From Armatimonadota bacterium (GTDB lineage Bacteria; Armatimonadota; Fimbriimonadia; Fimbriimonadales; GBS-DC), in the NCBI GenBank assembly GCA_037444405.1, contig JBBIML010000013.1:32001-96000 (forward strand): a stretch of DNA of 64,000 bases. Direction: 5' to 3'. Positions 37,657 to 46,978 of this stretch are shown piece after piece (positions within the stretch are counted from its first letter, which is position 1; each line of letters opens with the position of its first letter). Both the position numbers and the translations under genes were made by a program. The notes beneath the pieces are model-generated. The model had not been told where the DNA came from, ran no database searches, and worked only from the letters and a program-made list of their open reading frames with translations.

Positions 37657-38549
37657 TCGATGAACTCGTCGGTGGCGTCGCGGGCAGTGGGCGAATCGGA
37701 GAGCCGATAGCCTCTCATGCGCGCCCATTCGCGTGCCATCTCGCGCAGGATGCGCTGGGTGAGCCGATTCGCTGCACGCTGGCTTTGTAGAACTTTCTCG
37801 CCAAAAGTATCACCCGGCGATACAACGCTGAGGGCGGGCACCTGCAGGTGCTTCGCGGGCGCCTGACTTGATTCGGCAGGTGGCATATAGCGTTCGATCA
37901 GGTTCGGCTGCTGACGCATCAGCTGGTCAACCTCCTGCTCCACCTGGCGGATGAACTCGCGGCGGCGGGCGCGCAGGCGCACTTCGATCTCCTGCTCCAC
38001 GCGCTGTAATCGCGCCTGCAGCTGCTGGCGCAAAGCCTGGTCCTGCTGTCGCCAGCGGTCATCCAGCGCGGTCAGTTGCTGCTGGAGTTGCCTGTAGCGC
38101 TCAGAATCGGGTGAGAGTTGCGCCATCTCGGTCAGCAGGGGGAGCCGCGTGCGCCCATGCTTTTCGAAAGCCGCCCGCCATTCCGCCAGCCATTCGGCGC
38201 GAATCGAATCCAGATCGTACTCCGCCTGCAGTTCAGCACGCCACTGCCGTTCCAGTTTTTCTAATGGCTCAAGGCGGATCTGCAGCAAGCGTTCGCGCAC
38301 GGCTTCGCGCTGCTGATGGATGGCGTCGTGGGCTTGCTCGCGGCGGCGACTGAGCGTGTCGGGCGTTGCGGGCGCTTCGACAGGGGGTAGCCCGGCGCGG
38401 GCAGCCGGCGCGTCCTGCACAACAGGCAGCTTCGGGGCAGGAGCAGAAACAGGCTGGGGCAGGCGTGCCATCACACGCTCAAAGTCGATGCGCACCAGCT
38501 CCGTCCGACGCGACTGACACGCGCCCAGCAGCAGCGCCAGCCCCAGCAT
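37635..38549 (-). CDS. Putative coiled-coil lipoprotein, distantly OmpH-like
   Basis: LLLGAC lipobox, VRIDFERV, long Q/E/R coiled coil, DAT tail; start uncertain. Confidence 0.6.
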   Translation of the reverse strand: MLGLALLLGACQSRRTELVRIDFERVMARLPQPVSAPAPKLPVVQDAPAARAGLPPVEAPATPDTLSRRREQAHDAIHQQREAVRERLLQIRLEPLEKLERQWRAELQAEYDLDSIRAEWLAEWRAAFEKHGRTRLPLLTEMAQLSPDSERYRQLQQQLTALDDRWRQQDQALRQQLQARLQRVEQEIEVRLRARRREFIRQVEQEVDQLMRQQPNLIERYMPPAESSQAPAKHLQVPALSVVSPGDTFGEKVLQSQRAANRLTQRILREMAREWARMRGYRLSDSPTARDATDEFIDYLELRR

Positions 38550-38554
38550 ATAGG

Positions 38555-39160
38555 CTACTTCTTGGCATTTAATCGCTTGATCACCTCGTCGGTCAGGTCG
38601 TTCTCGCAATACAGCACGGCATCCGCAGCGAACACCAGCTGTACCTTCTTCTCTTTGGCAACCTGTGCGATCACCTCGCGAATGCGTTTCTGCACCTCGT
38701 TGCGCCGCGTTTCCGCCTGCTTGCTGAACTCCTGGCTCCACTGCTGTTGCAGCACCTGCAGGGCGTCCTGACTGCGCCGCTCCATCTGCGTGAAGCGTTC
38801 CAGCGCTGCCTTCTCGGTCTCGGACAGGTTCGCCTTCTGGCGCAGTGACTGCAGTTCATCTGAGCGCTGGCGAGCCGTCTTCTTGAGTGTCTCCAGTTGC
38901 TGTTTCTGCTGGTCGTTCGGGTTTGCCACCAGCAGCAGGGTCACCATCTGCTGTCGCTCCTCGTCGGTCAGGATGAGATGTTCCTGCAGGCTTTGCAGGG
39001 CTTGCTGATAGCGCTGTTGAAGGGTTTGCAGTTCGCGCAGGCTATCCTGCGTGAGTTGCGACTCGTTGATGATGCGCTCGTAGTCGACCACGCCGAAAGT
39101 CTGGGCTTGCGCCAGGGCGACCAGCGCCGCAAAAATCGTAATCCCTGTGATAATCCGCAT
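38555..39160 (-). CDS. skp: OmpH/Skp periplasmic chaperone
   Basis: Signal peptide, GVVDYERII, coiled coil, VAKEK...LV....VLY...DLTDEVIK. Confidence 0.88.
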   Translation of the reverse strand: MRIITGITIFAALVALAQAQTFGVVDYERIINESQLTQDSLRELQTLQQRYQQALQSLQEHLILTDEERQQMVTLLLVANPNDQQKQQLETLKKTARQRSDELQSLRQKANLSETEKAALERFTQMERRSQDALQVLQQQWSQEFSKQAETRRNEVQKRIREVIAQVAKEKKVQLVFAADAVLYCENDLTDEVIKRLNAKK

Positions 39161-39193
39161 TTTGTCTACCTCCCTGTAGCAGTAGTATACCCG

Positions 39194-40969
39194 TCAGAAC
39201 ACCTGTCCGACGCTGAAGTGGGTTCGTCCGCCATCCTTGCCGATGCCGTAGTCGATGCGCAGGGGTCCGAGCGGCGTGCGTACGCGGATACCAATGCCGT
39301 AGCCGACTTGTGGCTGGAAACGGTTGCCCTGCGTGAAGTTGTTCACAGTCGGGTAGCCGCCCCAGGCATGCCCCATGTCGACGAACAGCACGGCGGTGAA
39401 CGCCTTCTCGACGGGGATGCGGTACTCGAAGCTCAGCAGGGCTGCCTGCTTACCCCAGAATCGGTCTTCAGGGTAGCCGCGCAAGGTTTCCGCCCCGCCG
39501 ATGAACATCTGCTCGAAGAAGGGAATGTTGCCCGTGATGAAGCCGTAGTAGGCGCGAAGGGCGAACACATGGCGGCGGTCGTCGGGCGTGGTGCGTCGCC
39601 CCTGCGGGCTGGAGTAGAAGCGATAGTCCAGCGACGCCCGCAGGAAGTTCGACCGACCCAGCCGCACAACGCCCGAATCGAGGAACTGTTGCTCCGCGCT
39701 GCGAATGTTCGTTACGCCAGGCTCCAGCGTGAGCGCAACATACTGCCCGCTGGCAGGGTCCAGATCGAAGTCGCGCGTGTTATAAATCCCGCGCAGGGTG
39801 AAGCTGGTCAGCGAGCCATCCTGCCGAATGAAGCCGCCGCGCTCATCGGTCGCCACCCGATTCGTGCGCACATCCTCTGTGCGGAAGCCGACCACCGCGT
39901 TGAAGAAATCGCCATAGGGGCGACCGACGCTGAGCGTCAGCCCGCGCCGACGCTCATCATAGCGCTCCTCCAGGTCCTGGTTGACCGCGCCTCCGAAAAA
40001 GTTGGAAGTGAAGCGATACACCAGCTTATTATAGATTGAGAAGGAGAGGCTGGTGTGGCGCTTATCCAGATAGGGTTCGGTGAACAGCAGTTCGATGCTG
40101 TTGCCGTTGCGTCCGCCGGTGCTCTGGAAGTTCAGCCCGACGGTCTGCCCGCGCCCGCGAAAGTTGGTCTCGTACAGTTCCGCCAGCCCGATGATGCGCT
40201 GGCGCGGGTCGATCGCAAATCCCACATTCAGGCGCCCGGTCGGACGCTCCTTGACCCGCAGCACGATATTGACCGTGCCCGGCTCGCCAGGCTCCTCTTC
40301 GGGCACAATCTGCTCAAAGTAGCCCAGATTATAGAGGCGGTTCAGGTCGCGCTGCCAGCGCGGGATATAAAACAGGTCGCCCGGCTTCGTGCGCAGCTCG
40401 CGCAGGATGACTGAGCTGCGCGTCTTGGTGTTGCCTTCCACTCGAATCTGCCCCACACGCAGCTCGGTGAGCATAATCTTGAGCGTGCCGGTCTCATCAT
40501 CGGGGGGCAGGTAGCTTTCGATGAGCGCGATATAGCCCGCGTTGCGATAGGCATCGGTGATCGCGGTCGTATCCGATCGGGCGAAGTTGAAGTTGAACAC
40601 ATTGCCGGGCTTGTTGCGAATCACCTGCAGGAGTTGCTCGGTAGTCAGCGCGGTGTTACCTGTGATCTGCACCTGTTTGATGAGCGGGTTCTCCACCACA
40701 TCGAAGATGATTCGCACGCCCGTTTCGGTCTGCTCCACGCTGGGTCGCACCTCGGAAAAGAGTCCCATCGTCTCCAGCGTTCGGCGATCCTGTTCCAGGC
40801 TGGCTTCAGTGTAGGTCTCGCCCGGTTTGAGTCGCAGGGCGGTCAGCACCGCCGTTTCGGACACATTCTTTAACCCACGCACCGTGATGCTCTCCACACG
40901 CCGTGATTGCGCCATCACTGGCAGCATCGCCATCAGCAACAGCATGCCCACAAGCAGTTTCAGTCTCAT
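39194..40969 (-). CDS. bamA: Omp85/BamA outer-membrane assembly protein (about 3 POTRA)
   Basis: POTRA repeats, NFRGRGQ, IGGAETLRGY, TPLGPLRIDYG, terminal F. Confidence 0.9.
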   Translation of the reverse strand: MRLKLLVGMLLLMAMLPVMAQSRRVESITVRGLKNVSETAVLTALRLKPGETYTEASLEQDRRTLETMGLFSEVRPSVEQTETGVRIIFDVVENPLIKQVQITGNTALTTEQLLQVIRNKPGNVFNFNFARSDTTAITDAYRNAGYIALIESYLPPDDETGTLKIMLTELRVGQIRVEGNTKTRSSVILRELRTKPGDLFYIPRWQRDLNRLYNLGYFEQIVPEEEPGEPGTVNIVLRVKERPTGRLNVGFAIDPRQRIIGLAELYETNFRGRGQTVGLNFQSTGGRNGNSIELLFTEPYLDKRHTSLSFSIYNKLVYRFTSNFFGGAVNQDLEERYDERRRGLTLSVGRPYGDFFNAVVGFRTEDVRTNRVATDERGGFIRQDGSLTSFTLRGIYNTRDFDLDPASGQYVALTLEPGVTNIRSAEQQFLDSGVVRLGRSNFLRASLDYRFYSSPQGRRTTPDDRRHVFALRAYYGFITGNIPFFEQMFIGGAETLRGYPEDRFWGKQAALLSFEYRIPVEKAFTAVLFVDMGHAWGGYPTVNNFTQGNRFQPQVGYGIGIRVRTPLGPLRIDYGIGKDGGRTHFSVGQVF

Positions 40970-41559
40970 TCTGATCCCTCCTGATGGATGTAGGGTGCCA
41001 GGCGGATGCGGAGCCAGTTGCGGGCGCGTGCCAGTCGGCTGCGCACCGCCTCTAAAGTGATGCCCAGCACCTCGGCGATCTCCTCGTAAGACAGCTCCTC
41101 GTATTCGCGCAGTAAAATAATCTCGCGATAGTCGGGTGGCATCTGTCGGATCAGCTCCCGCACGCGCTCGGTCAGCTCCTGTTGCAGCAGGTGCTGTTCG
41201 GGCGAGGGGGCAGGATCGACGGGTTCCCAGCCCGTCGGCTCGCCGTACTCGTCCGTCTCCAGCGACGCCATATCGATCTCGCGCCGTCGAATACGGTTGC
41301 GCTTCTCCAGATGGTCATGCGCCAGATTCACGGCGATGCGATAGAGCCATGTGTACGGCTGCGACTCGCCGCGGAAGCGGTCGAAGGCGCGAAAGGCGCG
41401 ATAGAAGGTCTCCTGTGTCAGGTCGGCAGCATCTTCTGGATCGTTGACCATCCGCAGGAGCAGGTTATAGATGCGCCGCTCGTATGCTATGACCAGCGCC
41501 TCGAACTCCGCCGCTTCATCTTCTATCCAGCGCACGCCAGCACTCGCTTCCTGCCACAC
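40966..41559 (-). CDS. ECF sigma factor (RpoE/SigW-like)
   Basis: DAADLTQETF, FRGES..YTWLYRIAVN, LSYEEIAEVLG....VRSRL.RAR. Confidence 0.93.
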   Translation of the reverse strand: MWQEASAGVRWIEDEAAEFEALVIAYERRIYNLLLRMVNDPEDAADLTQETFYRAFRAFDRFRGESQPYTWLYRIAVNLAHDHLEKRNRIRRREIDMASLETDEYGEPTGWEPVDPAPSPEQHLLQQELTERVRELIRQMPPDYREIILLREYEELSYEEIAEVLGITLEAVRSRLARARNWLRIRLAPYIHQEGSE

Positions 41560-41569
41560 CGCTATTATT

Positions 41570-41598
41570 TTAGACTCATGCGCCCTGCGCCCTGTTTC
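41570..41598 (-). promoter_or_regulatory. Candidate autoregulatory ECF promoter
   Basis: GAAAC-N18-GTCTAA, 10 nt before the ECF GTG. Confidence 0.5.
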
Positions 41599-41878
41599 GG
41601 TTTAAGTGTACCCGCTGGGCAGAATGCGATCCCACCTGCCGGCTTTTACAGAGGTGGTCTTAAAACTCGGTTTTCCAGTGTTAGTTTGATCTGGTCAGTT
41701 TGTTGGCGACAGCGGCACAACAGGCGTCGGCGCAGGTTCCTTTTCTCATGCGGGCTGACAAACAGCGGCTCGTTCTCCTTCGGGATGACTGCATCCCCTT
41801 ATTGTATGCCCCATATTGCAAGCCCATGTTGCATGCTGTCTGTTGGGGTATAATAGGAGGTGAGGAGGCATATATAGC

Positions 41879-42238
41879 GTGCGCAGTCGCAGGGCGGCAG
41901 TAGCGTTTATGCATCCGAGCGAGGAGATGTTCGCTCGTCTGCTGGACTACTATCGGATTCGCTGGGAATACGAGCCGCGTACTTTCGTGCTTCGCGCCGA
42001 CGAACAGGGCAATCCCAAAGAGTCGTTCACGCCCGACTTCTATCTGCCCGATTATGACCTCTATATTGAGTTGACGGTGCGTCGGGCGAACATCAATCGG
42101 CGCAAGCGGCGCAAAATCGAGCGGCTGCAGGCGCTCTACCCCGATGTGCGCATTAAATTGATGAGCGCACGCGACTTTGAGCGATTGATGCTCAAGTACG
42201 GCGTGCGCTGGCGCGAGCATCTGAACGAAACCGATTAG
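41879..42238 (+). CDS. Small PD-(D/E)xK-like nuclease-fold hypothetical protein
   Basis: HPSEE.FAR.LD.Y.I.WEYEP..F, FTPDFYLP..DLYIELT; GGAGG RBS and TATAAT upstream. Confidence 0.75.
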   Translation: MRSRRAAVAFMHPSEEMFARLLDYYRIRWEYEPRTFVLRADEQGNPKESFTPDFYLPDYDLYIELTVRRANINRRKRRKIERLQALYPDVRIKLMSARDFERLMLKYGVRWREHLNETD

Positions 42239-42645
42239 CTCTCGCCGGAGCGGGGTCGGGGCGCGGCGGTTGGCGCGTCGATAATCGCTTGCGGTGGCGC
42301 GAACACGAACACATGTTCGCTCACCTTCTCGACGCTGCCCTCAATCGCATACACCACCCCGTTCAGGAAGTCGATGAGCCGTTCGCGCATTGGGGGTGGC
42401 GTCGCCGCGAAGTTGATGACCTGCTGGATGCCCTCTTTCAGTCCGTCGGCGATCAGGCGGGCATCTTCGAGGCTCTGCACCTCGCGCCGAATGCACAGGT
42501 GATAGGGATGGAATCGGCGGTAGCGCACGCCTGGCTCGGCAGGCAACTCGTCCAGCTCCTCATCGGCGCGTCGGAACCAGCTGCGCAACCGATCCCATAG
42601 CCCGACGCGCTCCTCCTCCAGCTCGTCATAGTCGTAATGCCGCAT
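42235..42645 (-). CDS. sepF: Cell division protein SepF
   Basis: DA..IADGLK, VIN, RLIDFLNGVVYAIEG..EKV...VFVFAP; follows yggS. Confidence 0.88.
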   Translation of the reverse strand: MRHYDYDELEEERVGLWDRLRSWFRRADEELDELPAEPGVRYRRFHPYHLCIRREVQSLEDARLIADGLKEGIQQVINFAATPPPMRERLIDFLNGVVYAIEGSVEKVSEHVFVFAPPQAIIDAPTAAPRPRSGES

Positions 42646-42674
42646 CGTCTCTCCTCCGTGTGGTCAGGTTTCTC

Positions 42675-42695
42675 GCGCGGGCATCCTGCCCACGC
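42675..42695. repeat. REP-like hairpin
   Basis: GCGCGGGCATCCTGCCCACGC, same GGGCATCCTGCCC core as the copy at 49870. Confidence 0.5.
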
Positions 42696-43370
42696 TTATG
42701 AGCGCGCCCCAAACAGGGCGGTGCCAATCCGCAACAGGTTCGCGCCCTCTTCAAGGGCGATTTCGAAGTCGTGGCTCATGCCCATCGAAAGCCACTGACG
42801 GTTCGGCGCGGGCAGCTGTTCGAACAGCCGCCTCAGCGTGCGGAACGCCTGACGGATGCGCGCGGCGTCGTCGGTGAGCGGAGCGATGCCCATCAGCCCC
42901 TGCAGCTGCAGGTTCGGCTGACCCAGCACCGATTCGGCAAGTGCGAGCGCCTCCTCCGGCGCCACACCCGCGCGGGTCGCCTCCTCCGACAGGCGCACCT
43001 CGATCAGCACCGGTTGCACGATACCCCGATTCGACGCCACCCGCTGTATCTCCTGCATTAAGGATACCCGATCCACAATATGTAGGAGCTGAAACCGCCC
43101 GACCACATATTTCACCTTGTTGGTCTGCAGATGCCCGATGAAGTGCCATTCGATATCGCGGGGGAGCAGGTCGAGCTTGGTGCGCGCTTCCTGCCAGTAG
43201 TTCTCGCCGAAGGCGCGTAGCCCGCAGGAATAAGCCTCGCGGATGCGGTCGACGGGCACGCCTTTGGTGACCGCCACGAGCTTGACACTGGCAGGGTCGC
43301 GTCCCGCACGCTGGCATGCGGTCGCGATGCGCTCCTGAAGAGTGGCAAGATTAGCTTGAAGGTTGCTCAT
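42696..43370 (-). CDS. yggS: PLP homeostasis protein
   Basis: LVAVTK, FGENY.QE, WHFIGHLQTNK, GLMG, LSMGMSHDF, RIGTALFG. Confidence 0.94.
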   Translation of the reverse strand: MSNLQANLATLQERIATACQRAGRDPASVKLVAVTKGVPVDRIREAYSCGLRAFGENYWQEARTKLDLLPRDIEWHFIGHLQTNKVKYVVGRFQLLHIVDRVSLMQEIQRVASNRGIVQPVLIEVRLSEEATRAGVAPEEALALAESVLGQPNLQLQGLMGIAPLTDDAARIRQAFRTLRRLFEQLPAPNRQWLSMGMSHDFEIALEEGANLLRIGTALFGARS

Positions 43371-44100
43371 GCGCCTGCTGGCTTTCGAGCGCGTGCTGGG
43401 CGGCTTCGGCGTACGCGCCTTCGAGGCTGCCGCTCTTGTGCTTTTTGGCGAGCTGCTCCAGCCGACCTGTTTCCATAAACCAGACGCGCTCGGCAATGTT
43501 GGTGGAGTGGTCGGCGATTCGCTCCAGATAGTGGGCAACCAGCAGGAGCCATGATGCCGCCGTCACATATTCGGGCTGCTGACGCATAATCTCCTGCAGC
43601 TGGGCGCGAATCTGCCGATAGAGCGCGTCCACCTCGTCATCCTGCTGACACACATGCAGCACCAGTTGAAGGTCGCGCTTCACGAACGCCTCGATGCTGT
43701 CCAGCAACATGCGGCGGGCAGCCAGCGCGAGGCGCGGGATGTCCACCAGCTGGTTCACCTTCGGCTCGTCCTGAATCTTGCGGGCGGCTTTGGCGATATC
43801 GACCGCATAGTCGCCGATGCGCTCGATGTCGGTGATCATCTTCATGATGGTGCCGATGACACGCAGGTCGCTCGCCATCGGCTGCTGGAGGGCAAGCAGG
43901 CGCAGGCAGTGGGTTTCGATATCGACATCGATCTGGTCCACCTCGTCGTCACGCAGCAGCACCTCTTCAGCGCGTTTCATATCGCCCCGCATGAGCGCGT
44001 CCACCGCGTCGGCGACCATGCTTTCGGCGATGCTCGCCATCGCCAGCACCTTCGTCTCCAGGCTCTTGAGTTCCGCATCAAATGCCTGCCGTGTTAGCAT
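43351..44100 (-). CDS. phoU: Phosphate signalling protein PhoU
   Basis: DDEVD twice, QQPMASDLR, DIERIGD, LERIADH.TNIAE. Confidence 0.95.
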   Translation of the reverse strand: MLTRQAFDAELKSLETKVLAMASIAESMVADAVDALMRGDMKRAEEVLLRDDEVDQIDVDIETHCLRLLALQQPMASDLRVIGTIMKMITDIERIGDYAVDIAKAARKIQDEPKVNQLVDIPRLALAARRMLLDSIEAFVKRDLQLVLHVCQQDDEVDALYRQIRAQLQEIMRQQPEYVTAASWLLLVAHYLERIADHSTNIAERVWFMETGRLEQLAKKHKSGSLEGAYAEAAQHALESQQAHEQPSS

Positions 44101-44119
44101 TCTAACAGAAAATTATACC

Positions 44120-45847
44120 TTACGGATCCAGCTCACGCTTGAGCTCGCTGATGAGGCGGGCAACCTGCGCGGGCGCGTCAGCAATCGCCACGCGCTGGGG
44201 CGACTTATCGGTGCGTAGGCGCACCTCCACCTGCCCATCCTGCACCGCACGCCCGATCACCACCTGAATCGGAATGCCGATTAAATCGGCATCTTTGAAC
44301 TTGACGCCGCTGCGCTCGTCCCGATCGTCGTACAGCACCTCGATGCCCTGCTCCAGCAGAGCCGTGTAGAGCTGTTCGGCGGCGGAGCGCTGCGCCTCAT
44401 CTTCAGGGTTGACCAGGATCAGAATCGCTTCGAAGGGGGCGACGGTGATGGGGAAGCAGATGCCGTTCTCGTCGTGGTGGGCTTCGGCGATCGCGGCGAG
44501 GCAGCGGCTTACACCCAGCCCGTAGCAGCCCATCAGGATCGGCTTCAGGTTGCCCTGCGCATCGGTGAAGAGCGCGTTCATCGCCTGGCTGTATTTGATG
44601 CCCAGCTGGAAGATATGCCCCACTTCGATACCGCGCACCTCACGCAGGGTTCCCATCGGGCAGCGGGGACATCTGTCGCCCGTTTCTGCCACGCGCAGGT
44701 CTGCCCAGCGCGGTTCAGGGAAGTCGCGCCCCCAGCACACATGGATCAGGTGGGCGTCCGCCTCGTTCGCGCCCGTGACGAAATCCTGCAGCCCTCTGAG
44801 CTCATAATCGGCGAGCATCGGCAGGTCGGCAGGCAGCCCCACCGGTCCGGAGAAGCCGACGGGCGCGCCTGTGAGCTGCTCGATGGCGGCGGCGTCCATC
44901 ATCTCCACGCTCTCGCCGTCCAGCGCGTGCATCAGCTTGTAGGGGTTCAGCTCCCGATCGCCCCGCACCAGCGCGGCGACAGGCTTGCCGTCCACCCGCA
45001 TCAACAGCGTCTTGACCAGTCGGTCAGCGGTGGTGTTCAGAAAGGCGGTGACCTCCTGCACGGTGCGGGCGTTCGGCGTGGGCACTTTTTGCATCGATGG
45101 CACCGCGTCGATCGCGGGCGGCGTGAGGTTCGGGTCGGGCAGCTCGCACCGCTCAGCGTTCGCGCCGTAGCCGCACGCATCGCACTGCAGCACTTTATCC
45201 TCGCCGCCAGGCGCGACCACCATAAACTCCTCGTTGCGCCCGCCGCCGATGGCGCCCGCCTCCGCCTCCACGATAATCGTGGGCAGCCCCATCCGATGGA
45301 ACATGCGCAGATAGGCGTCGCGCAACGCCTGATAGGTACGCTCCATCGATGCCTCATCGACATCGAAACTATAGGCGTCGTACATCAGGAACTCGCGGGC
45401 GCGGATCACGCCCCCGCGCGGGCGCGGCTCATCGCGGAACTTGGTCTGAATCTGATACAGCAGCAGCGGCATCTGGCGGTAGGAGCTGACCGCGTGGCGC
45501 ACGATGTCGGTGATAATCTCCTCGTGGGTGAAGCCGAGCGTGAAGGGTCGCCCGTTGCGGTCTTTGAGGCGGAACAAAATATCCAGCCCGCTGCGTCCCG
45601 TCTCCTCCAGCAGCTCCTGCGGCACGAGCGCAGGCATGAACAGCTCAATACCGCCGATGCGGTCGGTCTCTTCACGCACAATCTGCTCGATTTTGCGGAT
45701 GACGCGCCAGCCCAGCGGCAGGTACACATACACGCCCGCCGCCTGCTTGCGGATGAAGCCGCCACGCAACAGCAGCTGATGGCTGATCAGCTCCGCTTCG
45801 GCGGGCACCTCCCGCAGAGTTGGCATAAAGTAGCGCGATACACGCAT
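44120..45847 (-). CDS. proS: Proline--tRNA ligase
   Basis: PTLREVP.EAE..SH, THEE, QTKFRDEPRPR, GIEVGHIFQLG, MGCYG.G, G.KF.DADLIG. Confidence 0.97.
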   Translation of the reverse strand: MRVSRYFMPTLREVPAEAELISHQLLLRGGFIRKQAAGVYVYLPLGWRVIRKIEQIVREETDRIGGIELFMPALVPQELLEETGRSGLDILFRLKDRNGRPFTLGFTHEEIITDIVRHAVSSYRQMPLLLYQIQTKFRDEPRPRGGVIRAREFLMYDAYSFDVDEASMERTYQALRDAYLRMFHRMGLPTIIVEAEAGAIGGGRNEEFMVVAPGGEDKVLQCDACGYGANAERCELPDPNLTPPAIDAVPSMQKVPTPNARTVQEVTAFLNTTADRLVKTLLMRVDGKPVAALVRGDRELNPYKLMHALDGESVEMMDAAAIEQLTGAPVGFSGPVGLPADLPMLADYELRGLQDFVTGANEADAHLIHVCWGRDFPEPRWADLRVAETGDRCPRCPMGTLREVRGIEVGHIFQLGIKYSQAMNALFTDAQGNLKPILMGCYGLGVSRCLAAIAEAHHDENGICFPITVAPFEAILILVNPEDEAQRSAAEQLYTALLEQGIEVLYDDRDERSGVKFKDADLIGIPIQVVIGRAVQDGQVEVRLRTDKSPQRVAIADAPAQVARLISELKRELDP

Positions 45848-45877
45848 GCGTTCGTCGCCTCCTGACAGGGGGGAAGT

Positions 45878-46486
45878 TTACCCCTCGCTGAGCGGTGCGG
45901 GCGCCTTGAGCAAGCCACGCACGAGGTAATCGGCGAAAATACGCCCGATCTCCTCTTTGCTGAGCGCGCCGCGCGGGTTGTACCAGCTGGGAATCCAGTT
46001 GAGGGCGCCCAGCACCACATAAGCCGCCATCTTCACATCGATCGGCTCGAAAAGCCCCTGCTCGATGCCATCCTGAATGCAGCGGCGCACATTCTGCTCG
46101 TACTGGTCGCGGAGCGCGATAATCTCCCTGCGCTGGCGCGGGGGCAGGGCATGATGCTCGCGCAGCACCACCACGCTGTAGATGGTGTGCGCGTCGCCCG
46201 CGATGCGAACATACTCCTCGATAATCGCGCGCAGCTTCTGGTCGGGCGGGTCCGGGCGCGCCATAATCTCCGCCTGCGATTCGAGCAGGGCGTCCATCGC
46301 ACGCCGATAGAGCTGGTAGAGCAGCTCGCTCTTGTCGCGCACATAGTAATAGATGCTCGCTTTGGCCAGCTCCTTTGCGATTTCCTCGACGGTGCTGGCG
46401 TGATAGCCCTTTTTGGAAAAGACCTTCGCTGCACCCTGCAGAATCTGCTCACGCCGTTTCTCCTGCTTGCCAGCTCGCTTCGCCAT
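45878..46486 (-). CDS. TetR-family regulator (KstR2/PaaR-like C-terminus), HTH apparently 2 aa short
   Basis: IL..AAKVF..KGY..STVEEIA..KASIYYY..DKSELL; LGALNW..SWYNPRG. Confidence 0.88.
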   Translation of the reverse strand: MAKRAGKQEKRREQILQGAAKVFSKKGYHASTVEEIAKELAKASIYYYVRDKSELLYQLYRRAMDALLESQAEIMARPDPPDQKLRAIIEEYVRIAGDAHTIYSVVVLREHHALPPRQRREIIALRDQYEQNVRRCIQDGIEQGLFEPIDVKMAAYVVLGALNWIPSWYNPRGALSKEEIGRIFADYLVRGLLKAPAPLSEG

Positions 46487-46513
46487 AGGCTCTCTCCTGA
46501 ACTCAGATTCATG

Positions 46514-46533
46514 CCGACCACACAGACGGTCGG
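46514..46533. promoter_or_regulatory. Candidate TetR operator
   Basis: CCGACC-N8-GGTCGG inverted repeat between a GGGTATCTT -10 and the tetR RBS. Confidence 0.45.
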
Positions 46534-46608
46534 GTGATCCAAAATAAAAGATACCCGACGGCGACGGGATGGGTGTTAGTGGAGCAGCTCCTCCATCTCC
46601 CTTCGGCT

Positions 46609-46866
46609 CTAGACGCGGATGACAGCGCGCATAAGCCATGCCAGCGGGATGGCGAGAACCACCTTGCGGGTCAGAATCAGCACCACAGTGAGCGCAAGGA
46701 TGAGGACGCACAGCACCAGCGCCGTAATGGTATAGACCGCGCGACGGGTTTGCCACTCAGGGTCCCGCGAGGCGCGCAAGCGGGCGCGAGGCGTCCGCGA
46801 AGCGGAACGAACCACCCTGTACGGTTCCCCGTGCCAGCGCCGATTGGTTGGGATAGGACGCGCCAT
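46609..46866 (-). CDS. Small basic membrane protein
   Basis: Arg-rich N-terminus then TM segment; GGGGTAAAAT -10 upstream. Confidence 0.55.
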   Translation of the reverse strand: MARPIPTNRRWHGEPYRVVRSASRTPRARLRASRDPEWQTRRAVYTITALVLCVLILALTVVLILTRKVVLAIPLAWLMRAVIRV

Positions 46867-46978
46867 CAGATTCCCCCAGATCAATTTTACCCCATGCTGC
46901 GGGATCAAGTTGCACTGTCTGCTAACTGTGCAGGGATTCGAGCCTGCGTGGGGTAAACTTCAGGGCGAGGTGAACCGA

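Noticed and set aside
45848..45880. T-box leader for proS
   Set aside because: Leader is only about 30 nt after a GGGGTAAACT -10
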